DNA of 64,000 nucleotides from an uncultured bacterium (GTDB lineage: Bacteria; Patescibacteriota; Minisyncoccia; Phycocordibacterales; PALSA-1337), in contig OY969557.1 in NCBI GenBank assembly GCA_963701025.1, positions 801,953-865,952 of the forward strand, given 5' to 3'. Under the pieces are notes generated by a model, which made no database searches, was not told the DNA's origin, and was given only the letters and a program-made list of their open reading frames with translations. The position numbers were made by a program, and so were the translations under genes. Below are positions 9,987-19,535 of the stretch, piece after piece. Each line of letters starts with the position of its first letter. Within the stretch, counting starts at the first letter, position 1.

Positions 9987-11441
9987 TTAGTCTCTAATGA
10001 CAGGCTCGAAATGGGCCATAGTAGCGGCGCATGATCCCTCTCCGAGCGCCGACTTAACATCTAACTCCTCCTCGGATATAAATGGAGGAGGCGTCCCAGA
10101 TACGAGATTGAAAAGATGCGACAGGAATGTCGTCGCATATTGGCCTTTAGCCAGAGAAAAAGACACTATGATGCCGTTATTCGTCGCCGTCGAAGAGTGG
10201 ATATCGGGGATATCTTTGGTCGGAACGCTCCGTTTCATGAACCTGATGATCGAGAATTGACGCACATATTGAGTAGGGAGGGGATAAAGTTTGAGTGCCT
10301 CCAGGAATGGCTTATACAGGTCGATGTCTGATTGGTCAGTACTGAATATGAGAGGTAGTTGAGGTGGCGGCTTATTGCCAGATCCTAATTCCATCGATAT
10401 ATATTCATTGAACAAAAGGGAAGGGACGGAGTAGACCATGAGCGAGACTTTATCCATGAGTTGTTGTAACGCACCCTGCCAATGGCCAGGTTTTCTTTGA
10501 AGAAATCTAATGATCGCCGTCTCTTCTCTGAAAAGGAGCGGGACATCCTTGACGATCTCCGATGACGCGTTCCAGTCTCCCCATGTTTCCGTCAGCTTTT
10601 TGCGTATCTGTTGCGAGAACTGATTCTCGAGTGGCGATGTCTCGGTCAATATGCGGCGTATGGCTCTTTCATACTGACCTTGTATGATGTCTATGCCGCA
10701 TGCGACATTGATGAGGCGTGGCATACCAAATCGTTGCAGATAATAAAAATTATAGAAGCCATCGTCTTTGACCCTTTCCAAATTCCGAGCAAATTCGGCA
10801 GTATGTTCCGGTGTAAAGATATCTTGTCCCGTTCTGACATATATAGTGAAGCGATTTCCGCCTATGACACCCTTCTGCATTGGCTTGGTGGCCGTGGCTA
10901 TATCTTTGATAAAGAAATGAGATGATCGTATCGATTTTATTTTGTCGATCGGTATATTTTTGAATGATATCCGTTGCGCGGTTATGGCCTCTTTATCTTT
11001 TATTCCCCCATATCCTATGTCCGTCTTTTGACACTTTAATATAGCGACTATCTCGTCCACGGCTTCTATCGTGGACATGTTGCATTTAACAAGAGTAGCG
11101 TGGATAAACGGTCCAGTGATTTGACTAGCGTCTCGTTCATTCAATTCTATAGTGCATACTTTTCCATCGATTCCTATCTCTTCGACGATAAAATCCGAAG
11201 GTAGTCGCTTTATCATTCCTCGGACGAATTTTTCCTTTCCCGGGATATATATGCCCAGATTTCTAAGAAAATAAGCATCTTCTACGAGGGTTGGGCTACG
11301 GAACAGCTCTGGCGATATTTTTTTTAATGAGCTGATGTATTCGTTCTGCCGTCTCTTGGCTTCATTGATAGTATCCATATCATAATTGTATCCATTTTCA
11401 CCCATAAACACTAATTGTCTTTTGTCGTATACTATACCCAT
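9987..11441 (-). CDS. truD: tRNA pseudouridine synthase TruD/Pus7 family
   Basis: LPSDFIVEEI and GYGGIKDKEA motifs correspond to TruD motifs I/II. The length is archaeal/eukaryal-like. Confidence 0.7.
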   Translation of the reverse strand: MGIVYDKRQLVFMGENGYNYDMDTINEAKRRQNEYISSLKKISPELFRSPTLVEDAYFLRNLGIYIPGKEKFVRGMIKRLPSDFIVEEIGIDGKVCTIELNERDASQITGPFIHATLVKCNMSTIEAVDEIVAILKCQKTDIGYGGIKDKEAITAQRISFKNIPIDKIKSIRSSHFFIKDIATATKPMQKGVIGGNRFTIYVRTGQDIFTPEHTAEFARNLERVKDDGFYNFYYLQRFGMPRLINVACGIDIIQGQYERAIRRILTETSPLENQFSQQIRKKLTETWGDWNASSEIVKDVPLLFREETAIIRFLQRKPGHWQGALQQLMDKVSLMVYSVPSLLFNEYISMELGSGNKPPPQLPLIFSTDQSDIDLYKPFLEALKLYPLPTQYVRQFSIIRFMKRSVPTKDIPDIHSSTATNNGIIVSFSLAKGQYATTFLSHLFNLVSGTPPPFISEEELDVKSALGEGSCAATMAHFEPVIRD

Positions 11442-12756
11442 GACCTCCCGAGACTATTTTCAGGGCAAAAGGATCGCGGTCGTGGGCCTGGGGCCTCACG
11501 GGGAGATGGTGGCTGACGCGAAATTCTTGATCAAGGAGGATGCCCTGGTATCGGTCTACGACTTGCGGAGCGAGGCTAGAGTCAAAGAGCACATCGTCTT
11601 CCTGCGCTCGATCGGCTTGGCTAACTATGTCTGCGGCTCCATCCCGCCAGACGACCTGCTGGACATGGACCTCATCATACTGTCGCACGAATATCCGCGC
11701 GAGTCGTCATTCCTCAAAGCCGCCAAAGAAAAAGGCATACAGATCGAATATCCGGAGACGCTCTTCTTCCGCTTGGCTCCGCCGGTCACGGTGGTCGGCG
11801 TCATGGGCTCGGCCGGCAAGGCCTCCGTCGTCTCCATGCTTGCCCCTCTGCTTGAAGCGGCCTGCGAAGCCGATGGGGAACAAGCCTCCTTCACCCTCGA
11901 TCCTGAATCGGGCCGCGGTATCCTTGCGGTATTGAAGAAGATGAAGAGCGGCGATATCGCTCTAGTCAGGGTCATCGAGCCTCTGATGCGCGAAGTGCGC
12001 GACATGAGGATATCTCCGCATGTGGCCATATTCACGACCGTGCCGCCAGCGGGATGCTATGACGCGTCGCCTTTCGAGATCCTGGCCCATCAGACCTATA
12101 ACAATTTCATCGTGGCTCCCGACGAGGTCATCGACGCTATTCACGCTATCAAGTTCCAGCCAAAGGCTAAGATGCTCCGCACCAAGGAGTCGCTCATTCC
12201 CGCCGATTGGGATTTCGCCGGACGGGGCCGCGACCGCGAGAACGCGGCCCTGGCTCTCCAGGCGGCGCGTCTGTTCAAGGTATCCGATGAAGCGGCGGAG
12301 ATGGCCTTCAAGGAGTGGAAACCGCTCAAAGGCAGGCTTGAGCCTATCAAGAAGGTCAAGAATATCGAATTTTATAACGACACTGCCTCGGTCTCTCCCG
12401 ACTCGACGGTGGCGGCGGTGAAGTGCCTTTCCGATAATCGCAACCTAGTCCTCATCATGGGCGGTGCCGACGCCGGCAAGGATTATCATGAGCTCTACGG
12501 AGTCTTGCCGCAATGCGCCCATACGGTCGTTCTCTTGCCCGGGTCCGGTACCATGAAAGAGCGCAAGACTCTCCGCACGCTCGATCACGTGGAGATGCTC
12601 TCTGCTCCGTCGGTCGAGGAAGCCGTGCGTCTGGCGCGAGACCACGCCCACGCCGGCGACCGCGTCCTCTTCAGCCCGGCTTTCGCCGCGGCCGGCCTCG
12701 ACGCCTCGCGCGCCTTGCGCGGCGAACGGTTCGTCAGGGCGGTCAGATCTTTATAG
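11440..12756 (+). CDS. murD: UDP-N-acetylmuramoyl-L-alanine--D-glutamate ligase
   Basis: N-terminal GKRIAVVGLGPHG, Mur-ligase P-loop GVMGSAGKAS, and Mur ligase central and C-terminal domains. Confidence 0.75.
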   Translation: MTSRDYFQGKRIAVVGLGPHGEMVADAKFLIKEDALVSVYDLRSEARVKEHIVFLRSIGLANYVCGSIPPDDLLDMDLIILSHEYPRESSFLKAAKEKGIQIEYPETLFFRLAPPVTVVGVMGSAGKASVVSMLAPLLEAACEADGEQASFTLDPESGRGILAVLKKMKSGDIALVRVIEPLMREVRDMRISPHVAIFTTVPPAGCYDASPFEILAHQTYNNFIVAPDEVIDAIHAIKFQPKAKMLRTKESLIPADWDFAGRGRDRENAALALQAARLFKVSDEAAEMAFKEWKPLKGRLEPIKKVKNIEFYNDTASVSPDSTVAAVKCLSDNRNLVLIMGGADAGKDYHELYGVLPQCAHTVVLLPGSGTMKERKTLRTLDHVEMLSAPSVEEAVRLARDHAHAGDRVLFSPAFAAAGLDASRALRGERFVRAVRSL

Positions 12757-12788
12757 TGGTCGATAATCCTATTTTTCAGTCGCTTTTC

Positions 12789-13757
12789 TCACTCGCCGCC
12801 GATCACACAGACGATAGTAGGCGGTAGATCGAAGCCTGACGCGGCCGCTTTCATCGCTCCGGCCACGGGTAAAGCGCCGTTCGGCGAAAGGGAAAGGCCC
12901 GCATATTTCAAAGCCATCTCCTCGGCCGCTTGTATGTCGTCGTTCGAGACGATCCAACCATGGCCGCCAGTCTTCTTGATGAGAGGGACAAGGACGGATT
13001 TTCTTATGGCCATTGTATCGACTATGGCATCAGCCGTGGAACGCTCATCCGACCCGTCGTATGGTTCGAATCCGTCGGCGATGGCATGACATGACGATGT
13101 TTGGACGATGTGGATCTGTATGGGCAGTTTTTTTTCGCTGAAATACGCGGCCAGAGCTTGTGCCGTCGTTCCTGAAGAAGTGCCGATGAAAATCGCCGCT
13201 CCTTTTGAGATGAGCTTCGCATCCGTGGCTAATTCCTCTGCCAGCGATTTGTATCCCTCCAAAGCGGTGTCATCGGTCGATTGGCGCAAGCTCCTCACGC
13301 CATCGTTCACAGCCTGGGTCAATGCCTGGAGCGGCCGTTCCTTGACCAGAACGCGGATGTGGCTGCCACTCTCGGGTGACGCCGCCGTCGCCGCGGCGAT
13401 ATCCTTGAGCTTGCCGAGCTTGTGCGGCGCGATATGATGACCGACGAAAATGTCTAGTTCAATAAGTTGATTGCTTGTCGAATCTTGAATGATCTTCGAA
13501 CCATGTCGCTTTAGTTGACTAAAGTGCCTTGAATTGAGCTTCCTCACATACATAGCCGCCGCCAGGGCCGCATTGCCGGAAGACGACAGTGCGAAACGGC
13601 GCTCGCCTTTCCGCGCGTAATGATCGATCATGACCGGTATGGAACGGCCTTTGTGCGAGCCGTATGGGTGCATGTCCTCGCGTTTGAAAAGGAGGCGCGA
13701 GACGCCGACCGCCGCGGCCAGGTCGGGATATGATTCGATGGGTGTGACAGGCTTCAT
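12789..13757 (-). CDS. PLP-dependent fold-type II enzyme (TrpB/ThrC-like)
   Basis: GSHKGR lysine motif and a glycine-rich PLP-phosphate loop (GTSSGTT). Confidence 0.5.
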   Translation of the reverse strand: MKPVTPIESYPDLAAAVGVSRLLFKREDMHPYGSHKGRSIPVMIDHYARKGERRFALSSSGNAALAAAMYVRKLNSRHFSQLKRHGSKIIQDSTSNQLIELDIFVGHHIAPHKLGKLKDIAAATAASPESGSHIRVLVKERPLQALTQAVNDGVRSLRQSTDDTALEGYKSLAEELATDAKLISKGAAIFIGTSSGTTAQALAAYFSEKKLPIQIHIVQTSSCHAIADGFEPYDGSDERSTADAIVDTMAIRKSVLVPLIKKTGGHGWIVSNDDIQAAEEMALKYAGLSLSPNGALPVAGAMKAAASGFDLPPTIVCVIGGE

Positions 13758-13805
13758 GTCCGTGGAGATATTGCCATACTAACCCATTTCCTATATCATG
13801 GAAAG

Positions 13806-14000
13806 ATGATCCAAAAGAATATGAAAAAAGAAGACTCCCTGTGCGTCTGTCCCGAATGCAAGAACACAGTCGACATTTCCCGCTATCCGAACATCGCCCC
13901 CGGCATGGTCATAGAATGCGATCATTGCGGCATGACCCTCTCGGTCAAGGAGATCGCGAATGCGGAGATCAAGACGGAGATCGTCGATGAAGGTAAGTAG
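13806..14000 (+). CDS. Small zinc-ribbon protein, LysW-like
   Basis: CPEC...17 aa...CDHC zinc ribbon in 64 aa. Confidence 0.35.
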   Translation: MIQKNMKKEDSLCVCPECKNTVDISRYPNIAPGMVIECDHCGMTLSVKEIANAEIKTEIVDEGK

Positions 14001-15429
14001 CGCACTCCTCTATCATCCCTCGGAAGCCGTGTGAGCCTAGGAAGGCGATGACGTCTCTACGCTTTGCTTGCGACTGGAGAAAGATGACAAGTTTCTTGTC
14101 ATCTTCTACATAGACGGTATGAGGATGCGTCGCGCCTATCGTCGCCGCCAATTCATCGCCCTCAATCGGCGGGGTCGGTTCATCGTCCGCTTTTTTCAGC
14201 TTTGTCAGCCGGGGTATGACGACGATGTCGGCGTCCGCGAAAGCGCCATCGTATTTAGCCGCAGACTCGCGGCGCCTGCCGCCGATATTCGGCTCGAAGA
14301 CGACGATGATCTTGCCGTCGTATATATTCCGCAATTCTTTCAGCACGGAAGAGGCTTTTTCCGGCGAATGGGCGATGTCGTCGAGGACGGTGACGCCGGC
14401 ATTCAAAATGGAACCGTCCAGCCGCTTCTCGAGGCGGCGCTTCAATCCCTTGAACGATGCCATGGCCGCGACGATCTTTTCCGACGCGATGCCGATCTCG
14501 TGCGCCATAGCGAAACAGCCCGTGATATTCTCGGCTTGGAACGAACCCAATAGGGGTGATCTCACTTTGAATGTCTGTCCTTGGTGGACGATGCCGAACT
14601 CAAGACCATCTTTCGATTGATGGACATCGCGATAGGAATAGTCGGCACCGGAAGAACCATACCAGACGATCTTTTTCGAAGAGCCGGCGAGCGTTCGGAC
14701 GACACCCGGCTGATCTTTATTGGCTACGATAAGGCCGGAGTTGGGGACGATGAAGCCGGAGTCAGGTATGCCCGCGACTAATTTCTTGAAAGCGTCGAAA
14801 TAGTCCGCTTCGGTCGGATAGAGATCGGCATGATCCCAGGATACCGCCGATAGGAGCAGGTGCGTAGGCCGGTAATGGAAGAACTTGGCCCGCAGGTCGG
14901 TGGGCGAGCTTTTGTATTCGTCGCCTTCGAAGACGCTCCAATCGCTCCTGGAAAGCCGAGCTGGAGCTTCCGTCGACAGCGCTACGCCGCCGAACATGTA
15001 TGACGGGTCTAGTCCGGCCTCGGAGAGGATATGCGAAAGGAGGGCCGATTGGGAGGTCTTTCCCCATGTGCCGGTGCAGACGATGGAATGCTTTCTGACG
15101 AAATATCGGCCGATGGCTTCGGCGAACGAGCACGCCGGTATGCCGAACTGTTCGGCCGCGGCGGTCTCCGGGTTCTGCCTGCCGGAAGCCGTGCCGATGA
15201 CCACGAGATCCGGAGCGCCGCCAGCCACCATCTTTTCCGGATGCCAGCCGGCGTAAAAATCGATGCCGGCCCTCTCCAGCTCGGTCGAAACCGGCGGGAA
15301 GAAGCCCTTGTCGGAGCCGGTCACCTTGACGCCGGCCTTGTGGAAGGCGATGGCCAAGGCGCTGGTGGCCACGCCGGATATGCCGATGACGTGAATATGG
15401 CGCGGTAGTTTCGGCAGGCTTGCGTTCAT
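13969..15429 (-). CDS. murC: UDP-N-acetylmuramate--L-alanine ligase (MurC/Mpl family)
   Basis: HIHVIGISGVATSALA N-terminus, TGTWGKTS P-loop and the Mur ligase domains. Confidence 0.75.
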   Translation of the reverse strand: MNASLPKLPRHIHVIGISGVATSALAIAFHKAGVKVTGSDKGFFPPVSTELERAGIDFYAGWHPEKMVAGGAPDLVVIGTASGRQNPETAAAEQFGIPACSFAEAIGRYFVRKHSIVCTGTWGKTSQSALLSHILSEAGLDPSYMFGGVALSTEAPARLSRSDWSVFEGDEYKSSPTDLRAKFFHYRPTHLLLSAVSWDHADLYPTEADYFDAFKKLVAGIPDSGFIVPNSGLIVANKDQPGVVRTLAGSSKKIVWYGSSGADYSYRDVHQSKDGLEFGIVHQGQTFKVRSPLLGSFQAENITGCFAMAHEIGIASEKIVAAMASFKGLKRRLEKRLDGSILNAGVTVLDDIAHSPEKASSVLKELRNIYDGKIIVVFEPNIGGRRRESAAKYDGAFADADIVVIPRLTKLKKADDEPTPPIEGDELAATIGATHPHTVYVEDDKKLVIFLQSQAKRRDVIAFLGSHGFRGMIEECATYLHRRSPS

Positions 15430-15450
15430 AATCAGCTTAGTATAGCGTAT

Positions 15451-15837
15451 ATGCAGAACGGCGAAAACCGCCGAATCATGGCTCTAAGATATAATCTCAC
15501 CGCTCTTACACATATGAACGAAAATTCTCCGCACACGCTAGCCGACTTGGCCGCGGCGGCGCAGGAAGGCAAATACTTTTTCGAGTTCGAGAATCTCCCT
15601 ACAGGCATCAAGGACGAAGAAGTGTGGGATATATTCGGCGAATATGACGATATCCAGCTTATACCTCTGGGGGCCGAAGACTCTTATTTTGCCGGGCTGC
15701 TCGGCGAAGACCAAGCAGTCTGGACCGACGATGACAAGCTCTTGTTCACCATAGTGAAGAACAAGCGCCAACAGGAGGGGATCTTGGTCATCAGATTCGA
15801 GCCTGACGGCGTCAAACTGCTCAAAGGGATGGTATAA
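15451..15837 (+). CDS. Hypothetical acidic protein
   Basis: ORF only. Confidence 0.3.
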   Translation: MQNGENRRIMALRYNLTALTHMNENSPHTLADLAAAAQEGKYFFEFENLPTGIKDEEVWDIFGEYDDIQLIPLGAEDSYFAGLLGEDQAVWTDDDKLLFTIVKNKRQQEGILVIRFEPDGVKLLKGMV

Positions 15838-15911
15838 TTGCCAGAACCGAGCCAGCGTCTCTCTAACCCCCGCGCTTCATGTCGCGGGATTTTTAATTTT
15901 TCAGGACTACG

Positions 15912-16646
15912 TCATCTCTTCAAAAGATCCTTGATTGCCTCCGTGTCTTTTCGCCACGCGCCGGATTCTCCCCCGCCGACCGGCGGACCGCCGTCGAACC
16001 ATTCGAGGCCGGAAAATTGGAGCTTATAGGTGTCTCCTGGTCTTTGGAGGGAACCCAGATAAACAAATCGTTTACCGGTCTCTTTGGCGTGTTGTATAGC
16101 TTGTATCATCATGCCGAGGCCCATGTCTTTGGGCGCGGCGGCCAGATCGTAGAACGGATATGAATAGTGCAAAAGCGTCGCATTAGAATAGCAGATAGCA
16201 TATCCAAGCGGCTTGCTTTCTGCATCCCGGTCAGGCTTATATGTGAGCAGGGCGTTAAAATTGCTTTTGGCCGGGTCAGTCAGCATTTCCTTAACCTTTG
16301 CCGCGCTCATAATGCCAGCGCCGAATTTATTTTCATAGAAATCCTTGGCCATTTTGCCTATAGACCAGTCATACTCTTTGAGCGGCACTTTAGTCAAGTA
16401 AAGTGGCACTCCTTCAACGTTCGTGCTGACTGTGCCCGTGCCGCCCATATTCGCGCCGACTTTCTTCAATATACGCCTGTTCTCGCTCGACAATTCGAAC
16501 CGCGCCAGGTTGATCCGCACGCTCCGCGTCTGATGCATGACGCCCTTTCCTATCCTAGTGAAGACATAGCCGCGCGCGTACATATCGGCGACATTCTCCT
16601 CCGAGAAGTCGGTTATAGTTTTCTCATCCCAATGTAAGTAGTTCAT
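15912..16646 (-). CDS. Putative aminoacyl-tRNA:protein transferase-like protein (ATE/Bpt or FemAB-like GNAT fold); tentative
   Basis: YARGY...RSVRINLARFELSSENRRILKK resembles the R-transferase/Bpt core. Assignment is weak. Confidence 0.3.
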   Translation of the reverse strand: MNYLHWDEKTITDFSEENVADMYARGYVFTRIGKGVMHQTRSVRINLARFELSSENRRILKKVGANMGGTGTVSTNVEGVPLYLTKVPLKEYDWSIGKMAKDFYENKFGAGIMSAAKVKEMLTDPAKSNFNALLTYKPDRDAESKPLGYAICYSNATLLHYSYPFYDLAAAPKDMGLGMMIQAIQHAKETGKRFVYLGSLQRPGDTYKLQFSGLEWFDGGPPVGGGESGAWRKDTEAIKDLLKR

Positions 16647-16678
16647 GTTAAACCTTTTGACCCTTCCACCTTTTTATC

Positions 16679-17807
16679 TTAATGCAGCGCCAGCCAGAAT
16701 CCGAAGACCACGAAGATGAAGTGCACCACCCAGAATCTCATGACGGTCTTCTCCTCGCTCCAGCCCTTGAGCTCGAAATGATGGTGAAGGGGCGCCATGG
16801 CGAAGACTTTGCGGCCGAAGAGATAGCGCGAACCGACCTGGATGACGACGGACAGGGCCTCGATATAGAACATGAAGCCGAGGAAAGGGAGCGAGCCAAG
16901 CTCGCCGATGGCCAAGGCGTTCACGGCCAGCAGGGCGCCCAAGCCGAGCGAGCCGACGTCGCCCATCATGAATCGCGCCGGCTTGATATTGAAATAAGTG
17001 TACGCGGTGATGGCTCCGACGGCGGTGGCGTTCAGGATGGCGATCTCGCCGAAGCCGTTGATCCACGAGAGCAGGGTGAGAGCGCTGAAGGTCGTGATGA
17101 GCATGCCCCCGGCCAAGCCATCCATGCCGTCGGCGATGTTGACTGCGTTGGCCGTGAACATGACCACCAGGATGACGATCGGCACGATCATCCAGCCGGC
17201 GTCGATCGACCAGCCGAAGGGAAAGTAGATGAAATGCCAGGCTGGCCCGAGCTTGTCATAGACCCACCAGGCGGTGACCGCTCCGGCGATGAATTGCAGT
17301 ATGAGCTTCTCATGGACGAAGACGCCGCGCCGAGTCCGCGAACCGAACCAGACGGACATGCGCTTGAAGGCGGTCCATGGCAGAGTGACGAAGTACCAGA
17401 ACGCGCATAGTCCATTCTTTGTGGATATGGACGAGCGTCCAAACATGAGAGAGCTTGCGGGAACGCCGCTCGGCGCCATATATGCTCATGAGGTCATCCA
17501 CTGCGCCTAGGAGGGCGGAAAAAAGCATGACGCCGACAGGCACGTAGGTGAAAGAGCGGGACCAGTTGAAGAGATAGGTGATGACGGCCACGGTCACGAT
17601 GACCAAAAGGCCGCCCATGACCGGTGTAGTGGCCTTGTAGGCGTGCGAGCCGAGCATGGTGAGCTCGGTCTTCGGGCCTTTTATGACATGGAAGCGGTAG
17701 AGCAGGCGTATAAGAAACGGCGCCCAGATGAACGCCACGACGGCCCCGACGAGCATGAAACCGATGATATAGGCCAAGTCGGCCGTGCCTTGGAGGATGC
17801 TGATCAT
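16679..17807 (-). CDS. mraY: Phospho-N-acetylmuramoyl-pentapeptide transferase MraY, interrupted by one frameshift near 17350-17390
   Basis: N-terminal part (KATTPVMGG, VDD...RK) is in ORF 17310..17807. C-terminal part (NAVNIADGMDGLAGG, MGDVGSLGLGA, PLHHHFELKGW) is in ORF 16679..17479. The frame change lies in a CTCTCTC run. Confidence 0.8.
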
Positions 17808-17859
17808 GGGAGAACGATAGCATGAAAATAGGGCTATGTGGAGGCTTTATGGGGTGGTA

Positions 17860-17888
17860 TTGACATAGGTGTTGATTGGGTGTATAAT
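17860..17888 (+). promoter_or_regulatory. Consensus sigma70 promoter TTGACA-17-TATAAT driving the DGR target gene
   Basis: Perfect -35 and -10 hexamers with a 17-nt spacer, ~110 nt upstream of the ATG at 18002. Confidence 0.6.
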
Positions 17889-18001
17889 GTCGACAGGTTA
17901 GAGATAGTTCATTTCCAACCCGCTGTGGCGAAGAGCCCAGCACCAGTAAATCCGAGCATGCCTCTATGAGGCTCGCTCAAAACAAGAAAGGACACGCTAT
18001 T

Positions 18002-18634
18002 ATGAATAGCACGTTCGCAATGAGTCAGGGTGCAGGTCAAAAATTGGAATTCGCTTTCCAACGCAACGATGGGAGTACAGCCGATTTGGATTGGCTCTCC
18101 ACTGGCGACAACCTCAAGTCAGTTATGCTACTCGCCCGGGGCGAAGCGGAATTGATCCTCAAGGTCAAGCCTGCTCCCGAGCCGGGGCCGGTTATCGACT
18201 CCATCATCCGTGTGGACCGCTCGATTCGTCCCACGTATCCCGATTGGGTTAAGACTGTGATGCATCCGGAGCTGGAGCCTCTTGGTCCGGCCGAGTATGA
18301 CATCGCGGAAGTCGAGCAATGGCTCCACGAAGGCCAGAAGGACGGGAAGTGGATCGAAGGCAACAATATCTACGCCCATCTCAAGGAGATCGACACTCTG
18401 AAGACCTGCCTCGGACTGCGTGACCTTGAAGAGATCCAAAAGAAAGGCATTGCCTTCTTCCGGAAACACTTTGGCGGCAAAGCAGTCTTTGGTTGGTCCG
18501 GTGTCGTGCGGCTCCGCCATGGCGACCTCTGCGTCCCGTACCTCTGCGGGTTCGGTGACAGAGTGGTCCTCTACTGGAGCTGGCTCGGCCTCGGCTGGGA
18601 CGGCGACTACCCGGCTCTCCGCCACGCAAGTTAG
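18002..18634 (+). CDS. DGR target (variable) protein with a C-terminal variable region; alternative start 17966
   Basis: The last ~42 codons (18505-18629) form the variable region matching the template repeat. AAAGGA RBS before 18002. Confidence 0.7.
   Translation: MNSTFAMSQGAGQKLEFAFQRNDGSTADLDWLSTGDNLKSVMLLARGEAELILKVKPAPEPGPVIDSIIRVDRSIRPTYPDWVKTVMHPELEPLGPAEYDIAEVEQWLHEGQKDGKWIEGNNIYAHLKEIDTLKTCLGLRDLEEIQKKGIAFFRKHFGGKAVFGWSGVVRLRHGDLCVPYLCGFGDRVVLYWSWLGLGWDGDYPALRHAS
18505..18629 (+). repeat. DGR variable region (VR)
   Basis: 125 nt aligned to 19013-19137 with 21 mismatches, every one at a position where the other copy has A. Confidence 0.85.
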
Positions 18635-18732
18635 CGCTTAGGCCTTGGTCACTTTGCACTCTGTGCGCTTTGACCTTTGCCCTAAAAATTTGGTGGTCTA
18701 ACCACCCGGCATGGAATGAGCCGCTGACATTC

Positions 18733-18763
18733 AAAACCCACATGACGAAATCATGTGGGTTTT
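18733..18763 (+). terminator. Perfect hairpin AAAACCCACATGA-cgaaa-TCATGTGGGTTTT downstream of the VR; terminator and/or DGR-associated stem-loop
   Basis: 13-bp perfect stem with U-run, ~100 nt after the target-gene stop. Confidence 0.55.
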
Positions 18764-19012
18764 CGGCATATGGTAAACTATGTGCGGTAGTAGGCGAATC
18801 ATGCGGGCGGTCAAGGCTTCCCGCGGCCGAATCCAGTATCCATGAGCTGAGAACGAGAGCGGTTACGGCTTCTCTCGGAGGGCTTATGCAGACACTTCAA
18901 AAAATGAAGCTACTTGGTGCAGAATGTTATGGCATTATGATGCCGAATACGATTCAATCTCGAGATCGCGTAAGCTTCAAGGGATGGTGACATGGAAGAC
19001 ATTTTGCATATA

Positions 19013-19137
19013 CGTGCGGAACCGCCATGGCAACCTCAACGTCCCGTACCTCTACGAGAACGGTGACAAAGTGGTCCTCAACTGGAACTGGCTCGACAAC
19101 GACTGGAACAGCAACAACCCGGCTCTCCGCCACGCAA
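19013..19137 (+). repeat. DGR template repeat (TR)
   Basis: Adenine-rich and full of AAC codons in the target frame. Differs from the VR only at A positions. The overlapping 86-aa ORF is a translation artefact. Confidence 0.85.
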
Positions 19138-19143
19138 TTCGTA

Positions 19144-19497
19144 TCATTTCTCTCCTGTTTTTGCGGGAGAGTTTTGCTTTGTAAGCTGCCCGCTCCAGCC
19201 GCCGAGATTGGTGCCGATCTCCTCGAGCTTCACCGATAATGCGATATATTTCTTGTCGTCGAGTGACTTGGATTCCCAAAGTATCATAAGTAACACTTTA
19301 AGTGTGTCGAGCTTTCGTATGGCTAGGCGGACATAGGGCGATTTCTCTTCTCTGGAGAGGAATGTGGCCGCGGCGATAGCTTCTATGATTTCCACGAATA
19401 GGCAATCTATCCGCAGTCCTATAGAATATCTGTGTTCCTTCGGCAATTCCATATAATACCCATGCCACATCAGATACGCATCTTTGATCTTGCGCAT
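19144..19497 (-). CDS. avd: DGR accessory variability determinant Avd (four-helix-bundle family)
   Basis: The C-terminus LEEIGTNLGGWSGQL resembles BPP-1 Avd EVGRILGSWIARV. ~117 aa. The ORF-track TTG start at 19506 is replaced by the ATG at 19497. Confidence 0.65.
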   Translation of the reverse strand: MRKIKDAYLMWHGYYMELPKEHRYSIGLRIDCLFVEIIEAIAAATFLSREEKSPYVRLAIRKLDTLKVLLMILWESKSLDDKKYIALSVKLEEIGTNLGGWSGQLTKQNSPAKTGEK

Positions 19498-19514
19498 GAC
19501 CGGCAAAATTCCGT

Positions 19515-19525
19515 GGGGGGGGGGG
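19515..19525. repeat. G11 homopolymer between the divergent avd and RT starts
   Basis: ccgtGGGGGGGGGGGcttt seen directly. Confidence 0.9.
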
Positions 19526-19535
19526 CTTTCATAGC

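Noticed and set aside
12513-12827. Arg/Pro-rich 104-aa ORF and many similar antisense ORFs throughout (e.g. 14068..14553, 16682..17410, 44133..44966, 63277..63786)
   Set aside because: Alternative-frame or antisense artefacts of high-GC coding DNA overlapping well-supported genes.
18505-19137. Simple segmental duplication of a gene tail
   Set aside because: Random divergence would hit all four bases. Here all 21 differences are at template adenines, and an RT plus Avd are adjacent.
18924-19184. 86-aa ORF resembling the C-terminus of the 17966 gene, possibly a duplicated gene fragment
   Set aside because: It is the DGR template repeat. Similarity to the VR, with only A-position differences, explains the ORF; the TR is an RNA template, not a gene.
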